From NCBI GenBank assembly GCA_002269645.1, contig NIVC01000142.1, forward strand, positions 558,001 through 622,000: a DNA stretch of 64,000 nt, read 5' to 3'. The notes under the pieces are model-generated. The model saw only the letters and a program-made list of their open reading frames with translations, did no database searches and was not told the DNA's origin. Source of the stretch: Macrostomum lignano (taxonomy: Eukaryota). The translations under genes and the position numbers were made by a program. Within the stretch, counting starts at the first letter, position 1. Every line of letters begins with the position of its first letter. Shown here piece by piece: positions 12,763 through 25,139 of the stretch.

Positions 12763-15094
12763 ACATTTACCATAGATTTTGAGTGTTGCGTCCTATATAT
12801 ATGTTATTTGATTAGCCCTTGTTACGTAGTGCTAGTTATGCTAACAAGAAATGTATTAAAATTTAAAATAAAAAATAATAATTTAATTTGTGGTTTCATT
12901 AAAATACATACAATGCAAGTTTTACAAATGCTCCAAATTCCATGTGCTTGAATTGGACTAAAACTGTAAAGCAGTAGCTGTCTCGTATCACTAATTAAAG
13001 GATAAAAGCTATATGGACCCACTATTTTGTCCACGACTATTTATATTTGAACGCCTTCCATAAACTAGAAATTTCACAATCAACTGAAAACTGTTCTTAA
13101 AGAGCTTATCATGAGGCACTAAATTTTTAATGAGTCAAATTTTTCTAGCTTGTGAAATTCGATTGCGTCTACATTTTGAAGTTTAAAACCAATGTGTTTT
13201 TATTTGATTACTGCCTGTATAAGTACTAACACTACGTAAACGTACTTAAGACGCATGTTTTATTTTTTTTCTGTTTACTATCACTAAACACGAGCTATTT
13301 GGAATCGGATAAATTCATAACAGTTTAACCACCGAAGTAGCTTAATAAAAACGATGAGCTGGTACATAACTCGCACGCGGTAAACCTGACGCTTTTTACG
13401 GGTCGCAAACACTTCCTATCTTCCCAAGTATTTTCAGTCTTATTATTTTAATACGAGTATAACCACCCGGAGTGGAATGTACTTCATTCAGTTCACTCAC
13501 CGGCACACGTGACTACGTGACTACACGTAAAGCAAGCCTGGTAAATGGTAAAAGGCGTCGCATTCACGACGGTATCAACGCATATCCGTCACTAGATTGT
13601 AGGTTCGTATTAAGTAAAATGAAATTATACATGGCAATACATGGGAAATACATACATCCTATATACATGTATATAAACGCGTTTATCACCCGGGGCAAGC
13701 TAAATAAACACGCATTAAAACATAGACTAACCAAGCGGGCAAACGGGAGATACATGGTAAAATCAAATTCAAGCGCGTGTTGTCTACTTTGAAACCGCTG
13801 TGAATGTCTATGGCGAAAAGACCATGAGGGCGGGCACGAAACTCAACCCGCTAGGATCCAACTCAGATTTTCGCCTGACGGTCGACCGACACGAAACAAC
13901 ACGATCTATCTACGATTTTAATCTTCGTCCGACTTTCAACGACTCTGGACGACAAAAATCGTGTCCTAAACGGTTCAAAGTCGGACCAAAAGTAAATTTC
14001 GTGTTAATTTCGGTCCTAAATCGAACCAACAGCTTGCAAAATGTCGGAGTTGCGTCCCAGCAGGAATACATGGCGAAGAAACAGAGATCGGAAAGCTATG
14101 GGAATGCCGCTTTAAAATCTACTTATTTAGTTAATTACGAGCGTATTTTATTTCTAGAGTCTGCCGACAACCATCATTGGTGCTGCTAACGAAATCATTT
14201 GCTCAGTGCCAAAACAAGATGCTCATCGCACTGTCGTTAGGAAGAAGCGGTTTCACGCCTGCCAAGACTCTGCTGTGAATCCTCTTTTGTCTCGACTCTC
14301 GAAACTTAAAGCTCACGTCGACGCGTACAAGTTAAAAATAAATAGACTCGTTTAATTAGTCTCGATTCAATTCTGTATTATATTCAATTGAATGTTTTAT
14401 ACTTGCAAAGTATATTTCAGAGTGGGCAGAACAATGGCAAAACTGTGCACAAATAACTTGCGATTTATAATGGGGTTTGCTCAGCTCCAAAATCATACAA
14501 ATTACGCAGACTAACGATGATAAAACTACTCGTAACTTGACATTAAAGCAGGCACAAAATGCAAACTGAAGCCTACTTGAAAAATAAATTCAAAATGTTC
14601 TTGTTTAATTGAAGCCAGCTACGAATTAGGACTACCTACCTGCCTGTTGTTTAGAGCATTATTGACAGCAAATTACGAAATAGTTCAATTTCCCTAATAG
14701 TTCACTGTCTGTCTACAATACAGGAGTTTGTAGGTGGTGTCTAGACAGGGCTTGCGCAAGTCGTATGTGATTTCACTCTCGCCTTGTATGATGGGGCATT
14801 GTCGTGTACAGGAATCGCATGTCATTCGTACCCTGGTAGTTGCTTTCTTTGCACCAATCTACATGATCTATTTATGATCAAGGAAGGGTCCGCAATCATC
14901 AGACTGAAAACTCCAACCGGAGTTTGTGCGGAGAGGCTTTGCAAAGAAATTTCAATCTTATAAAACGACCGAATATTTAAGGAATATTTCAATGACGAAA
15001 GCCTAGCAGTAAAGTACTTGACTAAAATCAAGGCTTCAAGGCATCATAAATTGTCAGATGTCAGAATGCAATAGCACTGCTACTGTGCTGGTGA

Positions 15095-15616
15095 TCAAAC
15101 CGGCTTGAAGTCCGGATCCTCCCTGGCGCACTTTAGCAAATAGTTAATCAGGTATTGGGACCTGACGCCCGGTTCAACTCGCGGCACCAGCGGCGGCAGC
15201 TGATTGTCCCGAATCTCCAGCACCTGCAGGCCGGCCGATCCGACCCGATGCAGCCGGGTGTACGGCTTCGAGCTGCCAGCCAGACGGGGCACCAGCTCGT
15301 CGAACATCTTTCGCACTAGCTGCTGGTTCTCCAACCAGAAGAATGCCAGGTCGCGCATAGCGGGATTGTCCGGCCCGAGCAGCGTGGCTTTGTGCAGCAG
15401 CAGCTCAGAGTACTGCTGAGTGTTCACCGCCACAGGGCGATCGTTGAACTCTAATCGCTCCTTAGCAACCAGGGCGGAAACTGAGTCTCTGATTAGCAGC
15501 AGGCGGCCAAGTTGGCCGGTGCCAAAGCCCATTGGAGCGTCGATTCGCACCTGCTTTCTTGGAAAATTGAACCGCATCCTGGTAGCGGCAGATTTTGCTG
15601 CCGCAGTTGCAGACAT
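15095..15616 (-). CDS. MRPL17: Mitochondrial ribosomal protein L17 (bL17m), 173 aa, single coding exon
   Basis: Motifs match the bL17 family: 'GRLLLIRDSVSALVAKERLE', 'AMRDLAFFWLENQQLVRKMFDELVPR', 'YTRL', 'VLEIRDNQLPPL'. Arg/Ala-rich N-terminal presequence. Confidence 0.92.
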   Translation of the reverse strand: MSATAAAKSAATRMRFNFPRKQVRIDAPMGFGTGQLGRLLLIRDSVSALVAKERLEFNDRPVAVNTQQYSELLLHKATLLGPDNPAMRDLAFFWLENQQLVRKMFDELVPRLAGSSKPYTRLHRVGSAGLQVLEIRDNQLPPLVPRVEPGVRSQYLINYLLKCAREDPDFKPV

Positions 15617-15829
15617 GGTTGAAAGCTAAGACGGTTGCTTTGCTTCCGGGCCTGTTAATTTGTCTGGCAATGTCAGCTGGCTGCGGGCTGGTTTGTCAGT
15701 GTTGGAGAAGGCTTTAATGACAGCAATGGATTGCTAATGTAGCCAGTTAGATGGTATACAGATCTATACAGATCAGTAAGTCCGCTTATTGCATCCGCTA
15801 CTAAGAATATTAGGACAAGCTACTCAGGA

Positions 15830-16070
15830 AATTAGAGGATTGGACTACATAGTAGGGAACTGAAGAGGCTTGGATTACCCAGGGAATTAGAGAGACTTGG
15901 ACTACACAGGGAATTAAAGAGGCTTGAATTACACAGGGAATTAGAGAGACTTGGACTACACAGGGAATTAGAGGCTTGAATTACACAGGGAATTAGAGAG
16001 ACTTGGACTACACAGGGAATTAGAGGCTTGGATTACACAGGGAATTCGAGAGGCTTGGATTATTCAGGGA
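15830..16070. repeat. Minisatellite, 25-27 bp units (GGACTACACAGGGAATTAGAG...)
   Basis: About 8 imperfect tandem copies upstream of MRPL17. Confidence 0.85.
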
Positions 16071-16677
16071 ATTTCTTAGGAAGAGTAGATAGCTTAGAGG
16101 ATTAGAGAGCTAACTACCCAGGGAAAAGGAGATACTTAGAAAACATTCATAATAAAAACACAAACTACTAGTATATATTTGACACTAGTTAAAAAGCTTA
16201 GAAAAATAGATTGGTGTAAATTATTTCAACTTGTAAGTTATAAAATGGATTAATTATAAAAACAGTAGCAAACAGCAAAAAGTTTTAACAAATTGACATG
16301 TCAAAATTAACTATTAACCAATAAAAAACAATGCTAAAGACTTTGTTTGTACAAAAAATAGAATGTGACTAAGTTGTCAACTGAAATTTGAGATACAACT
16401 GGCACAAAGTGACGCACCGCATTTAAAATTAGCTGCCAGAGCGAGTTAAACAATTTTATAATTGTGTATATTGTTAAGACACGACAAAAATATTATAAGA
16501 TTAATCGAATAAGTAAAACACGTTAAAGAAAAACAGACAAGGAATTGGATAACAAAATTCGCCGCATCAGTCACATGGAGGAAGGAATAACATGGCCTGT
16601 GCTAGTCTGAGTCAGGTAGTCTTGCTTTGAGTGTTTTATCCATTTCTAGCATCCTTGTTCCGTTCCCGTTCAATGCA

Positions 16678-17593
16678 TTGTCAGCTGACTGCCATAGACA
16701 ATTGCATTCTATTGTCAGCTGATTGCCATAGACAATTGCATTCTATTGTCAGCTGATTGCCATAGACAATTGCATTCTATTGTCAGCTGACTGCCATAGA
16801 CAATTGCATTCTATTGTCAGCTGATTGCCATAGACAATGCCATTATATTGTCAGCTGATTGCCATAGACAATTGCATTCTATTGTCAGCTGACTGCCATA
16901 GACAATTGCATTCTATTGTCAGCTGATTGCCATAGACAATGCCATTATATTGTCAGCTGATTGCCATAGACAATTGCATTCTATTGTCAGCTGATTGCCA
17001 TAGACAATTGCATTCTATTGTCAGCTGATTGCCATAGACAATGCCATTATATTGTCAGCTGATTGCCATAGACAATTGCATTCTATTATCAGCTGACTGC
17101 CATAGACAATTGCATTCTATTATCAGCTGATTGCCATAGACAATTTCATTCTATTGTCAGCTGACTGCCATAGACAATTGCATTCTATTATCAGCTGATT
17201 GCCATAGACAATTGCATTCTATTATCAGCTGATTGCCATAGACAATTTCATTCTATTATCAGCTGACTGCCATAGACAATTGCATTCTATTATCAGCTGA
17301 TTGCCATAGACAATTGCATTCTATTATCAGCTGACTGCCATAGACAATTGCATTCTATTATCAGCTGATTGCCATAGACAATTGCATTCTATTATCAGCT
17401 GACTGCCATAGACAATTGCATTCTATTATCAGCTGATTGCCATAGACAATTTCATTCTATTATCAGCTGACTGCCATAGACAATTGCATTCTATTATCAG
17501 CTGATTGCCATAGACAATTGCATTCTATTATCAGCTGACTGCCATAGACAATTGCATTCTATTATCAGCTGATTGCCATAGACAATTGCATTC
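16678..17593. repeat. 34-bp tandem satellite, about 27 copies
   Basis: Unit ATTGTCAGCTGATTGCCATAGACAATTGCATTCT repeated head to tail with no spacers. Confidence 0.97.
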
Positions 17594-17941
17594 GAGTGCT
17601 AGGTGATATAATAGAATTCCATTCTATTAAGAACTAATTAACATAGACAAACGGTTTTTTAAAACGAGTCTCGGTTTGAGTCTCGGTATAAAGATAAAGA
17701 AAGCAGAGCTTATTATGTAAAGCAAAGTTTACACACAATATTTGGTTTCCATGGAATTCCTTTCCCATGACCAGTTACGGACCAGTTAGATGACACAAAA
17801 CAAAATGGATTATAATACGATCAAATACAAGAATTAGCTAATAAATAAAGAATCCCAAATCCTAAAAAGTCACGGACTGGGGAGAAAAATTGTTGATGCT
17901 ATTTAAAAAAGGATGTCATTTAGCACTATAATGTGATGAAG

Positions 17942-20098
17942 TCACATGACTGAACACCAACTCTTGTTGCCAGTCTGTACTGACTCCAAAGAATCATTGG
18001 CAGCGCTTGTCGACGAGGCGGCCTCGCGAACAGTGCTGCTGGAGTCCAGCGTCATCTCGTGACACTCAACCACAGTTGTCAGCTTGCGGCGGGCCGCCGG
18101 CGTCTGCTGACGCCGCACAACGCCGCCGCCGGAAACGCCAGCCGGCGGACTGTCAAACTGGGAACCGGAACTCGACGAAGCGATGAACTGGACTGAGCGA
18201 GCGCTGGACTTCCTGGAGCTGCTGGTAGATTGTCTCTGCGAAGGCTTAGACTTGGCCGCAATCGACTGCCGCTTCGAGGTCGACTTGGCTTTCACAGCCG
18301 AGCTGGAGGCGGTGGCGGCGCCCTTTGAAGTTTTCGCCACAGCCTGGCGACTGCGAGACATTGCGACAGACTTTGATGGCGACTTTTTAATTATTGTGGC
18401 CTCCTTGACTGGGTTGGCGGCGCCCTTTGAAGTCTTGGCCACAGATTTGCGGTTTCGCTTTGGTGGCGGAGAGGCGGCAGCCTTTGAAGTCTTGGCCACA
18501 GATTTGCGGCTTAGCTTTGGTGGCGGAGAGGCGGCAGCCTTTGAAGTCTTGGCCACAGATTGGCGGCTTCGCTTTGGCGGCGGAGAGGCGGCAGCAGTTG
18601 AAGTCTTGGCCACAGATTGGCGGCTTCGCTTTGGCGGCGGAGAGGCGGCAGCCTTTGAAGTCTTGGCCACAGATTGGCGGCTTCGCTTTGGCGGCGGAGA
18701 GGCGGCAGCAGTTGAAGTCTTGGCCACAGATTGGCGGCTTCGCTTTGGCGGCGGAGAGGTGGCAGCCTTTGAAGTCTTGGCCACAGATTGGCGGCTTCGC
18801 TTTGGTGGCGGAGAGACGGCAGCCTTCGTTGGCGACTTTTTAACAGTTTTAACTTTGGCTGGGCTGCCAAAAAACGACTTAGGAGATTTACGCGCAGTTG
18901 CGGTCGGGCGACGGCGTTTAGCTGGGGAGGCGGCAGCGTCGACCGCTTTGCGCACAGGACTAACGCTAATTTTGCGCTTCCTTGGCTTGGCTAAGGCGGC
19001 AGCGACTATCGGCTGCGAGCTGGGTGAGAGAGGTGGGAAAATTAGAAAATTAGCAATAGACTTGATTCTGGTGGGGTATTTAAGTATGCGATTCTGGTGG
19101 GGTATTTTGGGTATGCCATTCTGGTGGGGTATTTTGGGTATGCCATTCTGGTGGGGTATTTCGAGTATACGATTTTGGTGGGGTATTTTGGGTATGCGAT
19201 TCTGGTAGGGTATTTTGGGTATGCCATTCTGGTGGGGTATTTTGGGTATACGATTCTGGTGGGGTATTTTGGGTATGAAATTCTGGTGAGGTATTTTGGG
19301 TATGCCATTCTGGTGGGGTATTTTGGGTATGCGATTCTGGTGGGGTATTTTGGGTATGCGATTCTGGTGGGGTAGTTCCACATATGATTGATATTCGAAT
19401 CGCTATTTTTACTTCTGCATTCTTGAGTGGAGCCTAAGGATTGTTTCTATGATAGGGTTTTGAAGACAGAAGTGCCAGTCGGGCTATATTTTAGGGGTTG
19501 CCGTTTTTCAGGGGTCTTTCTAGCAGCTGCTTTTGTACTTAATATATTATACTTTACTAATCTCAGGACACATTCTTGTTGAAAAAGCATAAATATTAGG
19601 AATCCAAAAGCTTACGAAAGCGGCTGCTCTTCTTCTATGCGCATTTGCCTTGAGGCTGACTTCATCACTGTTGTTTTAGAAGTCAAATTCGTGCCGGAAT
19701 CGGAAGATGACGTCATAGTAATTTCCTGGCTGCGAGCAGCAGACGTTGTCATGGCAACAGTGCGACGCCGAGAAGTCTTGGCAGCAATGGGCGATAGCTT
19801 GCGTCCGGCCAGTGTACTTAAGTTAGACAGATCACTGCAGAGTTCAGCAGGGACATGAGTAAGAGAGATTGAATAAGATTAAAAAACAAACATTTAAGAT
19901 AAACAAATACCTGGCTGAAACCTTGCTTGGCCCCAATGTCCTTGTGCGTACAGGCGAAGCCCTAGTTGAGGACAATTTTTTGCTACAATTAAAATAGAGT
20001 GATAGAGTGATATAGTACTTTAAAAATGAATCATTTAACATTGCAAAAATTTTTTTATGAACATGGTAAACTTACCTTTGCTGTTTAGAAGTCATCAT
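17942..20098 (-). CDS. Uncharacterised basic, low-complexity S/T-P and K/R-rich protein (463 aa) with 7x19-aa repeats and C-terminal CaaX (CSVM)
   Basis: Exons 20098-20076, 19982-19911, 19834-19616, 19019-17942 join in frame (all phase 2, GT-AG): MMTSKQQSKKLSSTRASPVR...SPPPKRSRQSVAKTSKAAA x7...GNKSWCSVM*. Similar in composition to a histone H1 tail, but no globular H1 domain is recognisable. Confidence 0.85.
18425..18812 (-). repeat. Coding 57-bp tandem repeat (7 copies)
   Basis: TTGAAGTCTTGGCCACAGAT recurs every 57 bp and encodes SPPPKRSRQSVAKTSKAAA. Confidence 0.95.
19066..19376. repeat. 27-bp intronic minisatellite (about 11 copies)
   Basis: Unit GCGATTCTGGTGGGGTATTTTGGGTAT lies in intron 3 of the CaaX gene and creates the false 'IPKIPHQNR' ORF extension. 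Confidence 0.93.
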
Positions 20099-21912
20099 AA
20101 ATAAATTTAAACTGAAAGGTACAATGGTTACAATTAAATGTAAACAAATTTAACTTACATCAATCTAAAAATTTTATGACTAGAAAGCATGCTATAAGCT
20201 TGGTATTTTCAGTCAAAACTAATTTTAAAAGCTGAAAAAGATGTAATTAAAAGACTTTCTTTTAAAAGCTAATGACAAAAATGCAAGCCATAACTATAAG
20301 GCTCTTTGGTATATCTATATATAAATTTTGTGCTGATCTCTCTGTTTGTCTGTCTTTGATTTTCTTGAGAACTATCTGGCTAGTTTTTTCTAATTAGTTT
20401 AAAAATTGTAATTACTCAACAATTCAGCCAAGCCAGCCAAGGTACATCACAAAAATGCCCATCTGAAAAACAAGTAATCTGCACATAGTACTAATTAGAT
20501 TATGAATCACTTAGCATTAATAATATAGTTATAGTTACTTTTATCATTTGCCCAAAATTGCAAAATTTAAAAGGTGGAGTTGTGGGCCTTGAAAAGTATA
20601 ATCATTGTAATCTATTCCATTGTCTATTATAAGACCTGCTATCACTCTCTAGGCGGATCCAGAATGTGCTATGATAATTCAATGCAATTCAGAATGCAAT
20701 TTGATATGATCAATAAACAGTCATTAGCGCTCAAGTAACATGCGAATAAGCAATGATTAAAATAAAGTAGCTTATAGATAGCCCTAGGCTTTAGCTCTAT
20801 ATAGGTCCTTGCCATGATATATAGCCCCAATCAATTTGGTTTTGTACTCTAATTTTACAAACTTCACTGACTACTAACATTCATGGCTCTATCACACTAC
20901 AATTGTCATAGTTAAACAAGTTGAATAAAAGATTATAGACAAACAAATAATTCCATTCCTTATGTTTTATAGTAGTTATATGTTATCCTTAAAAAACCAC
21001 TTTAGACAATCAAATAACCAAAATTCACAAGAATTCAAAAGCAACTTTTTTGTCTTAATATAGACATATTTCTGTGGCAATGACCATCATACCTATTAAA
21101 ATTTATCTTATTTGCTTCTAAAAAAGACAAGTTCCAAAATATTTTTCTATAAACTATAAATATGATATAGACTTGTTATTTTAGGACCAAAAATAAGTAT
21201 AAATGGTATTTTTTCATATGCCAATTCAGCATTATATCTTGAAACCTATAATCATCACCATACTCTGGATCATGTAGTTTATGCCCAAAAATTTAAGTAG
21301 GCATTGGCCTTGCATAGGGCCTACCAAGAGTTAGACATGCATAGTAGTTGGCATGTATCACTCTTAAAAACATGTGCATGCCATAGTTCAAAAGGCTACA
21401 TATATGCTAGGATTCCCAAGCATACAATAAGGGTCTTACCATCATTTTTCAGCATAAATCAGGGTATATTCTAAGCCTAGTACAGGCCCTACACATGACA
21501 CAGCAGATAGGCCCTATATTAGGCCTATGTCAAAAACCAATTTTTTGTATTGGTGCACAATCCTAGGACCTAGCATATAAGCAAGGTCTTGTCATTTTTT
21601 CTGGCATTAAACCTGGCATAGGCCTACACTAATACACAATCCAAAGTATGGTGTGCATGTATACTTGGCATAATGGCATGCACTTGATAGAATCACTTAA
21701 GAGTTAGTGTTAGGTAGAAAAAAAGATAAAGAATTTCATTTTGAAGTATAAATTTCAAACTTTCTAGGGTTTTTAAACTTGTAATAAGGTTTTAAATGTT
21801 TGCATGGATCAATTTTCTGCTATAATTATAAGTGGTATAGACAAAAAGGCAAAAAGCAACCAACTTATCAGCTAAAAAGGGTCCCTTATAAAACCTAGTC
21901 TAGTCTAGTCAG

Positions 21913-22392
21913 GGCCTAGTCAGGATCATGGCACGCCTACGCCGGAAGGAATCCTATAAAAAGAGTTTGATTGCGCCATGCGCCGGAACTATTCCTATCA
22001 AAAAAATTTGCTCGCGCCATGTACCGAAACTTTTAAAAAAAATGCGAAAATCAGTCAATTTACCCCTTACCGTTAGAAAAATACTGGTAAAACTTGTATT
22101 TGAATCTGTTTCATAGAAAATACAATGTTAACGTAAATTAATTAAAAAAGCTGTCAATATACCGGCAAACAAAAAGTGCTAATAAAAAGAAATTACATGC
22201 TAATTTTCTGTCAGAGAAAATATTGTCTCATCGAAAGTTTTTTGTCTTGCATTAAATAGTGCCAATTTTTTTGTCTTGCGCCATATTGCACCCGATTTTT
22301 CTCCTTTGCCTGCTATTGAGCCGGAACGCGCCGGCGCGGCGCATGTCTAACCCCCTTTTGCGCCGGAATTTTCCGTGAAAAAGGCCATCTTC
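21913..22392. mobile_element. One end of a short-TIR DNA element (GGCC..AGTC.GGATCATG family), truncated at the LINE junction
   Basis: Terminus GGCCTAGTCAGGATCATG resembles the TIR of 30170-30771. CpG-rich GCGCC motifs. No matching right end found. Confidence 0.5.
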
Positions 22393-25113
22393 CTCACTTC
22401 TTGCTGCCCCAATGCAGGTGGTGTGCGTTCACATCCCCTGCAATGAGCAGCTCGAACCGACGGGACGCGGCGTAGTCAATGAGGTTGACTAGTGCGCCGC
22501 AGACTACTGGGGCATCGCCTGGGAAATAGGCAGATGCTACCAGCACAGGTTTATTTGGAATGAGGTTATTGATTTGAACAACACAGATGTCCCCAGTCGA
22601 GAGATCAGGTCTCATCCATGCCTCAAAAGCTTTTGCAGCAAAGACCAGAGATCTTGGGCGAGGCTGAGAGTCCGCCATGCAAAAACAGTGGTAGCTAGAT
22701 GGCACATTATTTGGCTTACCTTTGTTGTGGGTTGATGGCTTTGCGATAGACATTTTTGTTACGCGACTGCGTTGATGAATTGAACCATGCTATTGAGTTA
22801 TGAAATAAATGATAGACGCGTCATAGGTCAACAGACCGCTAGACTGACAATTGCTAAAGGCTAAAGCCAAAAGCACAACAACCTTTAGTCATCCAGGGCT
22901 CCTGCACGAAGACCAGGGCCGGAAGCTGTTGCTCTGTCGTGCGCATCAGGTTGACTGACGCCGCCACGCAGTGCTGGGTGTTGATCTGCAGACACCGGTA
23001 GCCGCTGGCATCAGTGCAGATCGGGCGTTGATGCCAGGAGTTCCTCCTCCTCCTCGGCGCTCACCAGCTTCGGGTCGGGGTCGCCGGTGTCCATGGGCTC
23101 CTCTTCAGCAAAAGGCCCCCGATTGGTCGGAAGGCAGTAGGCAGCGTTCGCCGCCCTTCGCCCACCGGCCACGGGGTCCTCCGCTTCAGACTGGCCCAAT
23201 GCCCTGGAGCAGCCAGCCGCCTGGGCAGGCGGGTCCGTCTCCAGCCGGCCCTGCCCCGAGGGGTTGGGCCCAGCTGGGACGTCCCCACCCTCCCTGGATG
23301 AGCTGGTGCGCCTAGGCGTCCAGGCGACCTCTCTCCTCAGCTAGGTGATTTTAGCGGTGCGGACCGCCTCGCTGCGCGCTGGTACAGGCCGCGCCGCTTG
23401 GTGCTGCGCGCCGGGCGTCGGTCCCCTCCGCCCTCAGCAGCGCGTTCGGCTTTACCCGCGCGGCCGTGCTGCCGGGCGGGGCGGTTTGCTTTGGCCGCCT
23501 GAGCAGAAGCTCGCGCCTCGGCCCCGGCTGCTTCGGCATTCCGCCCGCCCTGCTCACTGCCACGGGGAGGGTCGGCCTCGTAGGAGCGGATGCGCAGCTT
23601 TAAAAAGGCCAACGTTGATGAAGCTGCCGTGTGGATAGCGCCTCATCGAGGCGTCCGACAGGCGCTTAAGGGTGTCATGCACCACTAGGCCCGCGGCGGG
23701 AAGCTCCCGGTTGACTGCTAGCAGTCCTTTCCGGAGCTCGTCAGCAGAGGTAACGATGCTCCTGGCCGGAACCCAGATTCGATGCCTCTTGGTCCGGGGG
23801 CGCTCGTCCTCTCTGCAGAAGGCTAGGTTGAGGTCCCAGCTCTGCTCGGGCAGCAGCTCAAGGAGCCGCCGACCCGAGTCAGCATCACTGGGCCAAATGA
23901 GAAGGCACGTGTCCCTCGTCGCATTCGAATGAATGTTCTGAGGCGTGCCCTTCAGAGTTTGCTTCCACAGGAGGCCATCAACGGCACCTCTCACCTGCTT
24001 CAGCTAGTCGGGAGACAAGCGCGCGTCCTTCCCCAGAATGACAACCGCCGGTTGCCTCTTTGCCGCATCAGCGTCGGAGGCCCGGGGGTCGGTGGAGCAT
24101 TCTTCAGGTGGGCTGTCCACCCTCCCGGCTGCATCGGCCTCCCTATCCTGGGCAGGGACTTCAGTGAGCTCGAGGCCCTCTTCCGCCACCGCCCCAGATT
24201 GGGAAACTTCCGCTGCCGCGGGCCGTTGGCCCCTGGCGCCGGTTAGGCTTCCGCCCTCCTTGGCCCGCCTCGCCTTGTTAAGTCGACGGCGGGGCAGCTC
24301 CAGAGGTGGTGCTCAGCTGCTTGGCAGCTGGAGTAGCAGGTGTCTTCTCGGAGGCACCGCTCAGAGTTGGCTCCACGGGTCTCGCCGAGGCGTCCCCGAT
24401 GGTAGCAGGTGGTATGGCCGCGGAGTCCACGGCCCCAGCCGAGGCCGGAGGCACTGTGTCATCCACAGCCGGTTGGGTACTTCGGTTAGAAGCCATTGGC
24501 TGGAAGTAAAAATGTGGGACTTCCTGCAGAACACAGGCAAAGAGCCGCAAGGCCGCAAGGCCGCAACCCCAAACCAAGCGGCAGGGCCCCAAAAAGCAAA
24601 ATACCACCCTGCGGGCGACCCAAAAGCGCAAGGGGAACCGTTAGCGACCAGACTACTCCCTGGCCAAGCGTCCATCAGCACGTAGTTACACTGGGACATT
24701 AGAGGGTGCGTTTATATGGTCACACCAGGACTCGGCGCCAACGAATCAGCTCGGCAAGGCCCAAAAGCCTGCCTTAACACCCACGGGACGAGTACCCTTC
24801 GAAGTGCGCCTTGCAAGGTGAAAATCAGGATACAGAGTCTCTTGAGCTATCAGCCCGCCAGGGGAGGCAGGTGTGAGCATCGCTGGCTGGGATAAGGGCC
24901 ATACCAGTCTCATACTGCACAGATAGTTCACCACGCCATTGCGTGCAGGACCCGGGGTCCTGGGGGCAACAGCCCCGGCTCTCTGCCCTCTCGTCTCCCA
25001 TCTTTTCTCTCTCCCGATCATCTCTGCCCTCTCCTCAGAGGTGTCGGAACCAAAGTAAAAAGGCTAAACTAAAATAGGGGTCGGCGAACCCCCAGGTTGG
25101 CCACATGTGGCCC
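22393..25113 (-). mobile_element. Defective non-LTR retrotransposon (R1/LOA-like): 5' UTR, disrupted ORF1, N-terminal APE endonuclease; 3' part missing
   Basis: 22394..22753 encodes APE motifs 'VLVASAYFP' and 'LIAGDVNAHHLHWGS'. The upstream Pro/Ala-rich ORF1 pieces include 'RHRIWVP...LLAVNRELP', resembling R1/LOA ORF1, and are broken by stops and frameshifts. No RT follows. Confidence 0.78.
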
Positions 25114-25139
25114 ACAAGCCCGTGGGTTCTTTGAATCTT

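Noticed and set aside
13800-14360. Possible small plus-strand gene (129-aa ORF and an adjacent open frame)
   Set aside because: No recognisable motif and no consistent exon chain could be built.
16678-17593. CRISPR-like array (34-bp partly palindromic repeat)
   Set aside because: Units are contiguous with no unique spacers, there are no cas genes, and the context is eukaryotic.
18183-19208. 341-aa plus-strand ORF
   Set aside because: Antisense shadow of the repeat-rich CaaX gene.
19020-19381. N-terminal 'IPKIPHQNR' repeats of the 479-aa ORF
   Set aside because: This is a 27-bp intronic minisatellite. A good acceptor at 19020 links in phase to three upstream exons.
17942-20098. Calling this gene histone H1 or a lamin
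   Set aside because: No winged-helix globular domain, coiled-coil rod or Ig fold; the resemblance is compositional and motif-level only.
24700-24900. HDV-like ribozyme in the LINE 5' UTR (loops GTCCCGT and TCCCCT, several hairpins)
   Set aside because: I could not build a consistent P1/P1.1/P2 pseudoknot by hand. A covariance-model search would be needed to revive it.
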